Below are positions 1 through 9,857 of a stretch of 64,000 bases of DNA, in pieces. This stretch comes from Gemmatimonadales bacterium. GTDB taxonomy: Bacteria; Gemmatimonadota; Gemmatimonadetes; Gemmatimonadales; GWC2-71-9. The stretch is taken from the NCBI GenBank assembly GCA_041577295.1, contig JBFGJG010000004.1:32001-96000 (forward strand). Reading direction: 5' to 3'. The position numbers were made by a program, and so were the translations under genes. The first letter of the stretch is position 1, and every line of letters starts with the position of its first letter. Under the pieces are notes generated by a model, which saw only the letters and a list, made by a program, of their open reading frames with translations, was not told the origin of the DNA and made no database searches.

Positions 1-386
1 ACGCAAACGTGCTTCGCCGGGTCCAAGGCGTGCATGTGGTTTTGCAGCCAGGTGTGGACCGCTTGTTGGGCGAGATCGTCAACTGGAACGTCAAGGCCTC
101 GATATCTGAGCGTCGCTCTGCCCGCGAGGAACAGTTGTATGGGCTCGAGTACCGTTCCCCCGCCAAAGCGGGGCGTCGTGGTTCCTGCCCACAACAGCGC
201 CTTGTCCACATTGTGGTGCAACACCCGTTCGAACCGTTGGTGATAGAAGCGGGTCAGCGCGATCGATAGCTCCTCGCTCAACGCGTCGCACAGGGTATCC
301 GGGTGGCCGAGTCCTTTGCGCTCCACAACTTCGACGGGCAACCGATCCGGATGGCGTGTGGCGAGTTGGCTGACGGAGACGGTCAT
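1..386 (-). CDS. mat: Archaeal-type S-adenosylmethionine synthetase (methionine adenosyltransferase), N-terminal part; runs off the window edge
   Basis: Absent from the ORF track. Manual translation from ATG 386 gives MTVSVSQLATRHPDRLPVEVVERKGLGHPDTLCDALSEELS...HHNVDKALL...PRFGGG, matching the archaeal MAT motifs ERKGxGHPD and HHNxDK. ATGA overlap with the upstream gene. Confidence 0.9.
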   Translation of the reverse strand, partial: MTVSVSQLATRHPDRLPVEVVERKGLGHPDTLCDALSEELSIALTRFYHQRFERVLHHNVDKALLWAGTTTPRFGGGTVLEPIQLFLAGRATLRYRGLDVPVDDLAQQAVHTWLQNHMHALDPAKHVC

Positions 387-1954
387 GATGTTCGCCCTGC
401 GAGCCCGACCGGCCACGTTGGTAGAAGGCGGCGAACCGTAGCCACGGTCTGCTCTAGTGGACGTGCCGTATCGAGCACGACGTGCTCCGTCTCGGGGAGC
501 TCGTCGACCGCTTCCCAGCGGGCAATGAAGTCATCGTAGATCTCGATCCGGCCATCGCTCACGCCGGCGTGTTCAGCGCGGACTCGCAAGCGCGCTTTCG
601 CGAGCTCAGCCGTGGCACGGCATTCGATGAAATGGAACGGTGCTCCGGCCTGCTGCGCGAAAGCGCGCGCTCGCGCCCGTAATGCCTTGGTGCGGAACGA
701 GGCATCGAGAATCACCGAACGTCCCGAAGACACCACCGCGCTCGCGCGCCGAAAGAGCTCATCGTACACGCGGGCGCTTACTTCGGGGGCATACGCCCCT
801 TGCCACGGAGCCTCGTGCAGCGGCTCGGTGGGCTCGACGCCCATGAGCGCCTTTCGTGTCCGGTCCGAGTCGACAACCGGAGCGGCGATTTCGATCCCGA
901 TCAGGTCGGCAATGGTGCTCTTTCCTGCGGCGAGCTGTCCTCCCACCGCAACGACCACCGGTGGCAGCAGCGACCGGCGTTCTGATGCGAGCGCGAGGGT
1001 GAAGTACCGGCGAGCCTCCTGACCCGCGCGTTCGCGAGTCCGGAAGTGTGCGCTGTGATCGGCCGCGAGCATGGTGGCCACTTTGCCTCGCACGTACGCA
1101 CGATAGCTCTCGTAGAAGTCGACCAGACGGTACAGATCAAAGTCGTTGGCAAAGCGCGCGTAGCGTGCGAGCAAAAGCTCGGCGAGATCTGCGCGCCCGT
1201 GCCAGGTCAGATCCATCGAAAGGAAAGCGACATCAGCACAGACATCGGCGTAGCGGAATCGCTCATTGAATTCGATGCAGTCGAGAATCGTCACGGCGCC
1301 CGCGTCGTCGCAGTAGATCTGCTGGAGGCGGAGGTCGCCGTGTCCATCTCGCACCCGACCCGCTCGCGCACGCTCTTGGAAGAGATGCGCCTGCTGGTCG
1401 AGAAACCGGCATTGCCACTCTTCGATCTCTCGTGCTTCACTGCCGGACACGTACTCGAGGATGACGTCCCGAGTCTGCTCGAAATTCTCGCGCACGTTGC
1501 CGCCTATCACATCGACCGTTCCGAAGCGCGCGGTGTCCGCGTCCGAGGTGGCCTCCTCATGGAAGGCCGCAATCGTCTGGGCGAACACCTCGATGTGATG
1601 GTTATCCAACCGTCCGTCCTCGAGACGAACGTCGGCTCGGTCCGCGTGGGGGAGCCGGACCATGTGGACGGCCCAATCCACCGTTTGACCCAAACGCGCG
1701 ATGTGATGCTGTCCACGCGCGTCACGCGTGATTGGTACCACGCCCCGGTACACGCCGGGTGCTAGACGTCTATTGAGACGGACCTCCGCCTGACATGCCG
1801 CCTTGCGCTTGTCAGGCGTTGTGAAGTCGAGAAAGCCAAGCGCAACGGGCTTCTTGACCTTCCACACATCGCGCTCTCCGAGAAACACCCATGAGATGTG
1901 CGTTTCCACGAGCTCTAGGCCTGCTTCGCACAAGTCGTCTCTGAGAGTGCCCAT
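383..1954 (-). CDS. Bifunctional aminoglycoside-phosphotransferase-like / AAA_33 P-loop kinase (Rv2004c-like)
   Basis: ETHISWVFL, KVKKPV, DGHGDLR, DCIEFN in the N-domain; P-loop GQLAAGKST and ILDASF in the C-domain. Confidence 0.85.
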   Translation of the reverse strand: MGTLRDDLCEAGLELVETHISWVFLGERDVWKVKKPVALGFLDFTTPDKRKAACQAEVRLNRRLAPGVYRGVVPITRDARGQHHIARLGQTVDWAVHMVRLPHADRADVRLEDGRLDNHHIEVFAQTIAAFHEEATSDADTARFGTVDVIGGNVRENFEQTRDVILEYVSGSEAREIEEWQCRFLDQQAHLFQERARAGRVRDGHGDLRLQQIYCDDAGAVTILDCIEFNERFRYADVCADVAFLSMDLTWHGRADLAELLLARYARFANDFDLYRLVDFYESYRAYVRGKVATMLAADHSAHFRTRERAGQEARRYFTLALASERRSLLPPVVVAVGGQLAAGKSTIADLIGIEIAAPVVDSDRTRKALMGVEPTEPLHEAPWQGAYAPEVSARVYDELFRRASAVVSSGRSVILDASFRTKALRARARAFAQQAGAPFHFIECRATAELAKARLRVRAEHAGVSDGRIEIYDDFIARWEAVDELPETEHVVLDTARPLEQTVATVRRLLPTWPVGLAGRTS

Positions 1955-1998
1955 CGATCACCACCGTGTGCCGAGGTCCAGACACCGCCCGCTCGCCA

Positions 1999-3105
1999 TT
2001 ACGGCCTCCGATACCCCACGGCTTCGCGAACGCGACCCTCCGCCATCTCGACGGCAGCCACACGGGGCAACACCCCGTTTCGTTGCACGCGCTCGAGGAT
2101 CTCACGGGTGTTGGCGCGGATCTTCTCCTCGATGGTGGACATTGCTTGAGCCTGGGTCCCGCCCCGGTACTCGACCGCAGCGCAGATGACACCGCCGGCG
2201 TTGGCGATGAAGTCCGGGATGCTCCAAACGCCGTGCTCGTGCATCCATTTTTCCGCGGCATCGGTGGCCGGGATGTTGGCTCCCTGGAGGATGAGCTTCG
2301 CCTTGAGCTGGCCGACGTTGTCCTCGGTCAACACGTCTGGTCGTGCGGCGGGGATCCAGATGTCACAATCAACGCCAACGAGATCGTCCCGCTCCATCGC
2401 TTGGCCACCTGCGAAGGTCCCGACAGACTGGCCGCAGTCCTTGTGCGCAATCAATGCGTCGATATCGAGACCATCTGCTTCGAGCACGCCCCCGCGACTG
2501 TCGGAGGCCGCCACCAACTTGCAGCCGCGCTCGGCGAGAAACCGAGCAGCGTGTTTACCAACAGCACCGAACCCCTGAACGGCGACGCGCGCACCGTTGA
2601 GGTTGACCTTCGCCAACGGTGCGGCGACCTCTGCGGCAACCGCGAGACCAAACCCTGTCGCGCCGATCTGATCGAGCGGAATCCCGCCCACGACCCGGGG
2701 AAGCCCTACGACCCGGCCAATCTCGTCGTGCATCCACGCCATGCACTCTTCGTCCGTCCCCATGTCGGGACCGGGGATGTAGTCGGTCAAGTTGCGGATC
2801 AGTCGAGCGAAGGTGCGTACGAGGGCCTCTTTGTGCTCGCGGTCGACCGTTGGCGAGGCGACGATCCCTGCCTTGCCGCCCCCGTGGGGCAGTCCAGCCG
2901 CCGCGTTCTTCATGGTCATGGCGCGAGCCAAACGCCACACTTCGTCGAGCGTGACATCCGACGCCATCCGCACGCCACCTACCGCGGGACCGCACGCCAC
3001 GTTGTCGACGACCACGATGCCTTCGAGCCTGCTCACCGGCTCGTGCAGCAGCACGATCTTCGCCGGGCCGAGATCGTCGCCGATATTGCGCGCTACGACG
3101 TCCAT
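1999..3105 (-). CDS. Glu/Leu/Phe/Val dehydrogenase
   Basis: GGVRM, MTMKNA, GGGKAG, PGPDMGT, VQGFGAVG, GAN, PDFIANAGGV. Likely start ATG 3105 (MDVVARN). Confidence 0.9.
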   Translation of the reverse strand: MDVVARNIGDDLGPAKIVLLHEPVSRLEGIVVVDNVACGPAVGGVRMASDVTLDEVWRLARAMTMKNAAAGLPHGGGKAGIVASPTVDREHKEALVRTFARLIRNLTDYIPGPDMGTDEECMAWMHDEIGRVVGLPRVVGGIPLDQIGATGFGLAVAAEVAAPLAKVNLNGARVAVQGFGAVGKHAARFLAERGCKLVAASDSRGGVLEADGLDIDALIAHKDCGQSVGTFAGGQAMERDDLVGVDCDIWIPAARPDVLTEDNVGQLKAKLILQGANIPATDAAEKWMHEHGVWSIPDFIANAGGVICAAVEYRGGTQAQAMSTIEEKIRANTREILERVQRNGVLPRVAAVEMAEGRVREAVGYRRP

Positions 3106-4022
3106 AGAAAGCTCCCGTGATTGGCTGCGTCGACGGCAAGCGACGTATACAACACACGCTCCGCCTTGTTGCGTCCCGCGCCGGGCGTCTCGCTGGACGC
3201 TCGCGCGCGCGTCTTCCGGTTGATCCCCAGTTCCGGTACCCACGGCGCGACGCCGCGCGTGTCGGCCGGAAGCTGTTCATCGATTCCGATGATGAGCGCA
3301 CCGCCCGATCGGAGCACGGACAGAAGTCGTTTGAGCGTCTTGCGCTGCAAGGCCTCGTCGAAGTAGGTCAACGCGAGGTTGCGGCAGAGAACCAGGTCGA
3401 ACTGTTCTCGCGGAAGCTCCTCGCGCAGATCCTCGCAACGAAACTCGATTCCCGCCCGGAAAGCTGGCCGCACAACGAAGACACCGCCTGACTGCTCAAA
3501 TGCGCTCTCGAGCCACACGGGGCTCACCTCACGAAGGCTGCTTTTCTGATACTCCCCCAGACGGGCGCGCTGGATCAGCTGTGGATCGATGTCCGTGCCA
3601 AGCACGGAAAGCTCGACGGATGGGAACCTCGGCTTGACTTCCACATGCCAGAGGATGTTTACACTGTAGGGCTCTTCGCCTGAGCCACATCCGGCGCTCC
3701 AGCAGCGAAGCGTCCGATCGTCTCGGGTGAGCACCGCAGAAGCCAGCGCCGGTAGCACCTCCCGCCCAAGCCTATCGAAGACCGGACCATCTCTCGCGAA
3801 GCGAGAGATCGAGACGCGGCAAAAAGTATCCAGGATACGCCACTCCTCGGGGTGGCTCTCGAGGTAGGCTCTATACGCGCTGGGATTCGGGAGGTGGAGT
3901 TCCTGGATGCGGCGGCCAATCCGCCGGCAGACCTGACGGCGCACCCGCCGGAATCCCAGCCAACGCAACCCGATGCGCGGAAGCGCCCACTGCAACAACT
4001 CAACGCATTCAGAGCCGGGCAT
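3093..4022 (-). CDS. CheR-family SAM-dependent methyltransferase
   Basis: ISRFARD, WSAGCGSGEEPYS, GTDID, FDLVLCRNLALTYFD. Confidence 0.85.
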   Translation of the reverse strand: MPGSECVELLQWALPRIGLRWLGFRRVRRQVCRRIGRRIQELHLPNPSAYRAYLESHPEEWRILDTFCRVSISRFARDGPVFDRLGREVLPALASAVLTRDDRTLRCWSAGCGSGEEPYSVNILWHVEVKPRFPSVELSVLGTDIDPQLIQRARLGEYQKSSLREVSPVWLESAFEQSGGVFVVRPAFRAGIEFRCEDLREELPREQFDLVLCRNLALTYFDEALQRKTLKRLLSVLRSGGALIIGIDEQLPADTRGVAPWVPELGINRKTRARASSETPGAGRNKAERVLYTSLAVDAANHGSFLWTS

Positions 4023-4197
4023 TGATCAGGTACGCTCGGTTCGCTAGAGGTGTCGGCAAGCTGTCCTAATCAGGTTGCGACACAGCAGGTAAAGGCCGGG
4101 TGAAGGTGGGGTGAATGCACCCGTGGAAACCCTCCTCTAGCCTTTGTCTCCTTCCGCCCCTATCCTAGGCACACCGGCGCGAAATTGCTGGCCCTCT

Positions 4198-7032
4198 ATG
4201 AGCGAACAGGCAGACAGGCTTTCGCGTGCTCTCTCCGGCCGCTATGGCATCGAGCGCGAGCTCGGCTCTGGCGGCACCGCCACGGTCTATCTGGCACACG
4301 ACGCCAAGCACAATCGCAAAGTCGCGCTCAAAGTCCTTCGGCAGGAGCTGTCGAGCGCCATTGCGGCCGAGCGATTCCTTCGGGAGATCGAGATCGAAGG
4401 GCAACTGCACCATCCGCACATCCTCCCGCTTTATGACTCTGACCAGGTGGATGGATTCCTTTTCTATGTGATGCCGTATATCGAAGGCGAGACGTTACGG
4501 CATCGGATCGATCGTGAGGGCCCACTCGAGTTCGAGGAAGCCCTCAAGCTCACCGACGAGATCGCAGATGCCCTCGATCACGCGCACAGCATGGGGTTCG
4601 TCCACCGCGATCTCAAGCCCGAGAACATTCTGTTGGATGCTGGACACGCTGTGCTCGCGGATTTCGGGCTTGCGCGCGCCATCGATGTCGCGGTGACGGA
4701 TCGGTTGACCGCCACCGGACTCGCAGTGGGCACACCGCGGTACATGAGTCCAGAGCAGGCGTCCGATGCCGATCGGATCGACGGGCGCACCGATGTCTAC
4801 TCGCTGGCGTGCGTTGTGTATGAGATGCTCTCTGGTGAACCACCGTTTTACGGTTCCACCCCACAGGCGCTCGTCCGCCGTCACATTCATGAGCCGCCGC
4901 CTTCGATCAGCGTGATTCGTCCGGGACTTCCCCCCGCGGTGGATCGGGCGCTCAAGAAAGCGCTGCAAAAGATCCCTGCGGATCGATACGCCTCGGCCTC
5001 GAAGTTCGCGGCTGCCCTGCGATCCGAGGACCGTGAGCACTTGTGGCGGGCACCCACGCGAAAAAGGCTTGCCGTCTTGGTGGGTGGGCTCGCCGCTGCG
5101 GGGGTGGCACTGACGCTCGTGGCGTTTCCCCCTGTGTCGGTCGAGCTCGATCCGCGAAAGATCGTCGTGTTTCCAGTCTCAGATGCGCGCGGGGCGGCCG
5201 TGCAAGGCGCCGTGACCAACGACGTCGCCCGTGCTCTGTGGGCCGAGCTCAACGCCACTGAGTTCTTCCGCGCGGTGGACGGCTGGTCTCACCTGGATTC
5301 GTCACGCCTTACAGGTGAGCGGCCCGTGACCGAAGGGCACGCGATCTCTCTGGCGAAGCGACAACGGGCGCGCTACGCCGTCATCCCACGGTTCACCGGT
5401 GAGAACGCGAGCCGACTCATGCTCGATGTGCACGATCTGGTTGGCGACTCGATGTTGCAGCGATCGGTGCTGGTCGATGCGGAGGCCGATGCGTGGCCAA
5501 TCGGTCTCGCGGCCGCGAGAGAGCTGCTCCCCGTCCACGTTCCGGGAAGCGCCGTGGGGGACGTGGGGAGCCTACGTGGCCGTTCGGTGCGGGCCATCAC
5601 CGAGTTTCTTCGCGCCGAGGAAGCCTACCGCAATGCACGCTTCGAGGAGGCGCTGCGGCATTATTCGAGCGCCGTGGAGCATGACTCGACCTTTGCGCTC
5701 GCCGCCCTTCGTGGTGCACAAGCCGCGAGCTGGAACCTCAGGCGGGATGTCTCCGCACGGCTGGTGGCGGTGGCGCTGCGAGATTCGCTGGCGCTCTCAC
5801 CACATTACCGTGCATTCGCGCGTGGGTTGGAGGACTATATCAAAGGCGAGGCGGACTCCGCGATCAAGCACTACGAACAGGCGCTCGGGTTCGACCGGTA
5901 CTGGGCTGAGGCGTGGATGGGGTTGGGCGAAGTCTTCACCCACCTGCTCCCCCGCCGCGTCGACGTGGCCGAGCGTGCCGCGGAGGCCTTCGAGCAGGTG
6001 TCTCGCCTGGATCCGGAGTTCGCGCCCGTTCGCTACCATCGCCTCGAGATCGCCCTACGTCGGGGTGACGTGGCCGCCGTGAACAACCTGCTGCCGCGGT
6101 TCGAGGCATCGAATCCGGATTCACACGAGCTGCGCCAGACACGGCTGATGGTGCGGTGCGTGACCCGCTCGCCCACGCGCGTCGACTGGCGCCGTGCGGT
6201 GTTGGAGTCACCGAACGTGGTGATCGATGCGGCCCGTTCTATGGCGGCGGGGGCCGGTCAGCCCGCGTGTGCCGAAGCCGCATGGCGTGCCGTGCTCGAG
6301 TATGACACGGCAGCGGCGACTTCGAATGCAGGCTTTGCCAGGGCGTGGGCAGGCATTTGGGGGCTGCAGAGTCTTTTGCTGACGCAAGGCCGGTACCGGG
6401 AATTGCGCACGCTGCTCGACTCGGCGGCGCAACAGCTCATCGATACACGCATATTCATTTTCTTGGACGCCTTCGTCGATCCCGAGTTTCAAGCTGAAGC
6501 GGAGTCGCTCGCGGCGAACCTGTGGCCGACCCATCGAGATGAATCCTGGTCCGCAACTCTATGGGCGTTCGGTGTGTGGGAGGCGCGCCGAGGAAGCGCC
6601 GATCGGGCCCGTGCGATCGTCGCGGAGCTCGAACGGAGGGCGGGGGAGAAAGGCTCGAGCGAGGACAGCCTGCTCGCGGCGCTGGTCGACGTGCACGCCC
6701 AGCTGGCAGCGCGCGCCGGCGATCCGCCGATCGAGCGTCTTCGCCTCCTGCTCTCACCGCGTGGCGGGCCGGGCGACATCCAGTGGGAGCTCTGGGCGTC
6801 TCGGGCCAACGAACGTTTGGCGCTTGCACAACTGTACCTCGAGCGGCAGGAGTTCCGCGAAGCGCTGCAAGTGGCAGCCAACTTCGATTCTCCTCAACCC
6901 GTGATCTACCCTCTCTATCTGTCTGCCAGCCTGGTGATCCGTCTCCAGGCAGCCGATGCCCTTGGTGACGGACGGCTTGCGCAGTGGTATCGCTCGAGGC
7001 TGAGATCCCTGGGGCGCCAGGACTTGCTGTAG
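4198..7032 (+). CDS. Hanks-type Ser/Thr protein kinase with a TM segment and C-terminal TPR-like region
   Basis: GSGGTATV, VALK, HRDLKPEN, DFG, GTPRYMSPEQ; hydrophobic segment followed by helical repeats. Likely start ATG 4198. Confidence 0.9.
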   Translation: MSEQADRLSRALSGRYGIERELGSGGTATVYLAHDAKHNRKVALKVLRQELSSAIAAERFLREIEIEGQLHHPHILPLYDSDQVDGFLFYVMPYIEGETLRHRIDREGPLEFEEALKLTDEIADALDHAHSMGFVHRDLKPENILLDAGHAVLADFGLARAIDVAVTDRLTATGLAVGTPRYMSPEQASDADRIDGRTDVYSLACVVYEMLSGEPPFYGSTPQALVRRHIHEPPPSISVIRPGLPPAVDRALKKALQKIPADRYASASKFAAALRSEDREHLWRAPTRKRLAVLVGGLAAAGVALTLVAFPPVSVELDPRKIVVFPVSDARGAAVQGAVTNDVARALWAELNATEFFRAVDGWSHLDSSRLTGERPVTEGHAISLAKRQRARYAVIPRFTGENASRLMLDVHDLVGDSMLQRSVLVDAEADAWPIGLAAARELLPVHVPGSAVGDVGSLRGRSVRAITEFLRAEEAYRNARFEEALRHYSSAVEHDSTFALAALRGAQAASWNLRRDVSARLVAVALRDSLALSPHYRAFARGLEDYIKGEADSAIKHYEQALGFDRYWAEAWMGLGEVFTHLLPRRVDVAERAAEAFEQVSRLDPEFAPVRYHRLEIALRRGDVAAVNNLLPRFEASNPDSHELRQTRLMVRCVTRSPTRVDWRRAVLESPNVVIDAARSMAAGAGQPACAEAAWRAVLEYDTAAATSNAGFARAWAGIWGLQSLLLTQGRYRELRTLLDSAAQQLIDTRIFIFLDAFVDPEFQAEAESLAANLWPTHRDESWSATLWAFGVWEARRGSADRARAIVAELERRAGEKGSSEDSLLAALVDVHAQLAARAGDPPIERLRLLLSPRGGPGDIQWELWASRANERLALAQLYLERQEFREALQVAANFDSPQPVIYPLYLSASLVIRLQAADALGDGRLAQWYRSRLRSLGRQDLL

Positions 7033-7178
7033 TACTTCACTGCTCCTGGCGTCCGCGGTAGTGTTCGTTGGGAGACCGCCAAAGCCAACCATTTACATGG
7101 GATGGGAATGCACGAGTACGTAAGTGCACTGGAGTCGCCGCTTGCCAAAGCTCGGGGCGAGGCAATGGTGTCCACCTG

Positions 7179-7967
7179 ATGACGGGTGTGCTCGCGGTTC
7201 TCGGGCTTGGGTTCATTCTCGGCATGCGTCACGCCACAGATCCCGACCACGTCATCGCGGTCACCACCATTGTCACGCGGCACCGAACACCCCGTGGTGC
7301 GCTCTGGATCGGTGGGGTGTGGGGACTTGGACACACCCTCACAGTCATGGTCGTGGGTGGTGGGATCATCGTGTTTGGCTGGGTGATTCCCGAGCGAATC
7401 GGTCTTTCCTTCGAGCTCGGGGTGGGCATCATGCTCATTCTGCTTGGCCTCGCAAACCTCAAAGGCGCGCTCCGGCTGATCGGACGCCACGCGTCGCTGG
7501 GGACCGATGGCCAGTTGCATTCACAGACGCACAGTCACGGGGATTACGTGCACACGCACCCCCATGAGCACAATCCACAACGCCACCCGCACCGGCCGGA
7601 CCAGACTCCGTTGGCTTGGCTCGATCACCGTTTTGGCACAATGGGCCTATTCCAGGTGCTCCGACCGCTCGTCGTGGGCGTGGTTCACGGCCTCGCCGGC
7701 TCCGCGTCAGTGGCACTCCTGGTGCTGGCCGCTATCGGTAATGTCCGTTGGGGATTCGTTTACCTCGTGCTATTTGGTGCCGGGACCATTGTTGGCATGT
7801 TGCTGGTAACCGCCGCCATTACCTGGCCGTTGCGATTTGGGAATCAAACGTCGAACCTGTTTGCGGGAAGGGTGCGCGTAGCAGCGGGAGTGGTGAGTAT
7901 TGCTTTCGGTGCGTTCCTCGCCTATCACGTAGCCGTCACACGAGGACTCCTGACCGGCCTACCGTAA
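7179..7967 (+). CDS. Nickel/cobalt transporter (NiCoT/UreH-like)
   Basis: GMRHATDPDH (HX4DH), WGLGHT, His-rich loop, HGLAGS, several TM helices. Confidence 0.85.
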   Translation: MTGVLAVLGLGFILGMRHATDPDHVIAVTTIVTRHRTPRGALWIGGVWGLGHTLTVMVVGGGIIVFGWVIPERIGLSFELGVGIMLILLGLANLKGALRLIGRHASLGTDGQLHSQTHSHGDYVHTHPHEHNPQRHPHRPDQTPLAWLDHRFGTMGLFQVLRPLVVGVVHGLAGSASVALLVLAAIGNVRWGFVYLVLFGAGTIVGMLLVTAAITWPLRFGNQTSNLFAGRVRVAAGVVSIAFGAFLAYHVAVTRGLLTGLP

Positions 7968-7986
7968 AGGAGGAGGGCACCGCCGA

Positions 7987-8015
7987 TTGACCGCTGTCAC
8001 AGGTTGACGTATCCT
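7987..8015 (+). promoter_or_regulatory. Putative sigma70 promoter of the rsgA leader
   Basis: TTGACC (7987-7992), 17-nt spacer, TATCCT (8010-8015). Confidence 0.5.
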
Positions 8016-8021
8016 TCACCC

Positions 8022-8111
8022 GTGGTGTTCGTCTTCAACCACAACTCCGAGGTGCCTCTGCTCACCGCCGCTACTGTCTCCGTCGTTCGGGCCGCACCCC
8101 TCGTGGCCTAG
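8022..8111 (+). CDS. Putative leader peptide upstream of rsgA (29 aa from GTG 8022, or 19 aa from GTG 8052)
   Basis: Open frame VVFVFNHNSEVPLLTAATVSVVRAAPLVA* between the promoter and a terminator-like hairpin. Confidence 0.4.
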   Translation: MVFVFNHNSEVPLLTAATVSVVRAAPLVA

Positions 8112-8143
8112 GGTCTTTTTCGCTCACAACGTATTTGGCCTAT

Positions 8144-8167
8144 GCGCCGCTTCGTGGGCGGTGTTTT
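8144..8167 (+). terminator. Terminator/attenuator-like hairpin in the rsgA leader
   Basis: GCGCCGC-TTCGTGG-GCGGTGT followed by a short T run. Confidence 0.4.
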
Positions 8168-8223
8168 CGGTGTCCACATTCGCGGCGAACCTTGGCCGTC
8201 ACGAACGAGACGGAGACACTTCA

Positions 8224-9285
8224 ATGCAGGCATACGGTTGGTCCTCCCACTGGGAGGCACAATTTCGGCAAGTGGCAACTTCCGGGCAGCCAGGTCGGGT
8301 CATGGCGGAACATCGTGACCGCTTTGTCGTCCGCACTGCCGTGGGTGAGCAGTGGGCGCGGGTGGCTGGTCGCCTGCGCCATGGTGCGCAATCGAGGGTC
8401 GACCTCCCTGCGGTAGGCGACTGGGTCGTTGTTCAGGGCGATCCTGATGGCACGGCTAGCATAGCGGCCCTCCTTCCACGCCGCTCGGTGTTCGTGCGGC
8501 GGGCCGCGGGTGACGAAGCGGTCGAGCAGGTGGTTGGGGCCAACATCGACGTAGTCTGGATCGTCACGGCGTTGGGTCGTGATGTGAATCCACGGCGGGT
8601 GGAGCGCTATTTGGCACTGGCGTGGGAGAGCGGAGCACGCCCCGTCGTGGTTTTGACCAAGGCGGACCTCTCACCGGATCCCTCGACAGATCTGCAGCGG
8701 CTGCATGAGGTGGCTGTCGGTATCCCGGTCCATCTTGCAAGCGCAATGCGCGGCGACGGATTGGACGAGCTAAAGCGCTATCTCACGCCGGAGGTGACCG
8801 TGGCGTTGCTCGGCTCGTCAGGGGTGGGGAAGTCGACGCTGGTGAACGCCCTGGCTGGCGAAGAGGTGTTGGCCACGGCGTCGGTGCGGACCGACGGGAA
8901 AGGTCGGCACACCACGACCTCCCGCCAGCTCGTGCCCCTGCCCGGTGGCGGCGTGTTGCTCGACACACCCGGCATGCGGGAGCTCGGCCTGTGGGAAGCG
9001 GGAGAAGGGGTGAGCCTGACCTTCGCGGATGTCGAAGCGCTTTCCGCGAACTGTCGTTTTCGCGACTGCCGACATAGGGGTGAGCCCGGGTGCGCCGTCA
9101 CCGCCGCTGTCGAGAACGGAACGCTCGACGCGTCCCGGCTCGATGCCTATCACAAGCTCCGCGCCGAATTGGCGTATCTAGCATCAAAAGTGGACCCAGC
9201 ACTTTCTCGCGAGCGCGAGCACCAGGCGCGCGTGGAGCATCGAAGGTACCGGAAGATCCTGAAGAGGAAGCGAATGGACGGATAG
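8224..9285 (+). CDS. rsgA: Ribosome small subunit-dependent GTPase A
   Basis: PAVGDWV, ANID, TKAD, GSSGVGKSTL, GRHTTT, DTPGMR, zinc finger CRFRDCRHRGEPGC. GGAGA RBS before ATG 8224. Confidence 0.95.
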   Translation: MQAYGWSSHWEAQFRQVATSGQPGRVMAEHRDRFVVRTAVGEQWARVAGRLRHGAQSRVDLPAVGDWVVVQGDPDGTASIAALLPRRSVFVRRAAGDEAVEQVVGANIDVVWIVTALGRDVNPRRVERYLALAWESGARPVVVLTKADLSPDPSTDLQRLHEVAVGIPVHLASAMRGDGLDELKRYLTPEVTVALLGSSGVGKSTLVNALAGEEVLATASVRTDGKGRHTTTSRQLVPLPGGGVLLDTPGMRELGLWEAGEGVSLTFADVEALSANCRFRDCRHRGEPGCAVTAAVENGTLDASRLDAYHKLRAELAYLASKVDPALSREREHQARVEHRRYRKILKRKRMDG

Positions 9286-9338
9286 CAGCGGAGGCAGGAG
9301 GGGCAGAGGACCACCCTCCCGCCCATATATTCCCATCC

Positions 9339-9857
9339 ATGGTCTCTCCAACGCTTCCCGAGGTTTGGCTACGCGGTCCTGTGCCCGGCGTGCACCCGGT
9401 GCTCATGCCGGTGGCGCACGCGCTGCTTCAAGTGGCCGAGGACCTCGACGGCTCAGGCGTCCTCGAGCTGTCGCCGGCGCAGCTCTGGACGCGTCCCGGC
9501 GGAGCCGCATCGGTCGGTTACCACTTGCAGCATTTGGCCGGGAGTACCGACCGCTTGCTGACCTACGCGCGTGGGGAATCGCTCACGGATGAGCAGCGTG
9601 CCGCGCTGGCTGCGGAAAAGTCACCGCCCGAGCCTCCGCCGACCGCTCAGCAACTCGTCGAGCAAGTGCACCGCGTCGTGCAGCGCGCCGTGAACCAGCT
9701 GCGTGAAACTCCCGCCCAAGAGATCCATACCGCCTGTGCCGTCGGCCGCGCGGCGCTCCCCTCCACCGTGCTTGGCCTGCTCTTTCATTCGGCGGAACAC
9801 GCCACCCGCCACATGGGGCAGGTGATCACGACGGTGAAGGTGGTGCAGGCAGGATAA
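9339..9857 (+). CDS. DinB/YfiT family protein
   Basis: PEVWLRGP, SVGYHLQHLAGS, HSAEHATRHMGQ metal-binding His pattern. Start ATG 9339. Confidence 0.85.
   Translation: MVSPTLPEVWLRGPVPGVHPVLMPVAHALLQVAEDLDGSGVLELSPAQLWTRPGGAASVGYHLQHLAGSTDRLLTYARGESLTDEQRAALAAEKSPPEPPPTAQQLVEQVHRVVQRAVNQLRETPAQEIHTACAVGRAALPSTVLGLLFHSAEHATRHMGQVITTVKVVQAG

Noticed and set aside
1966..3120. 384-aa plus-strand ORF
   Set aside because: Antisense shadow of the dehydrogenase gene; common in high-GC DNA and has no motifs.
3093..4022. Chemotaxis locus
   Set aside because: Only CheR is present; no cheA/W/B/Y or chemoreceptor genes in the window.
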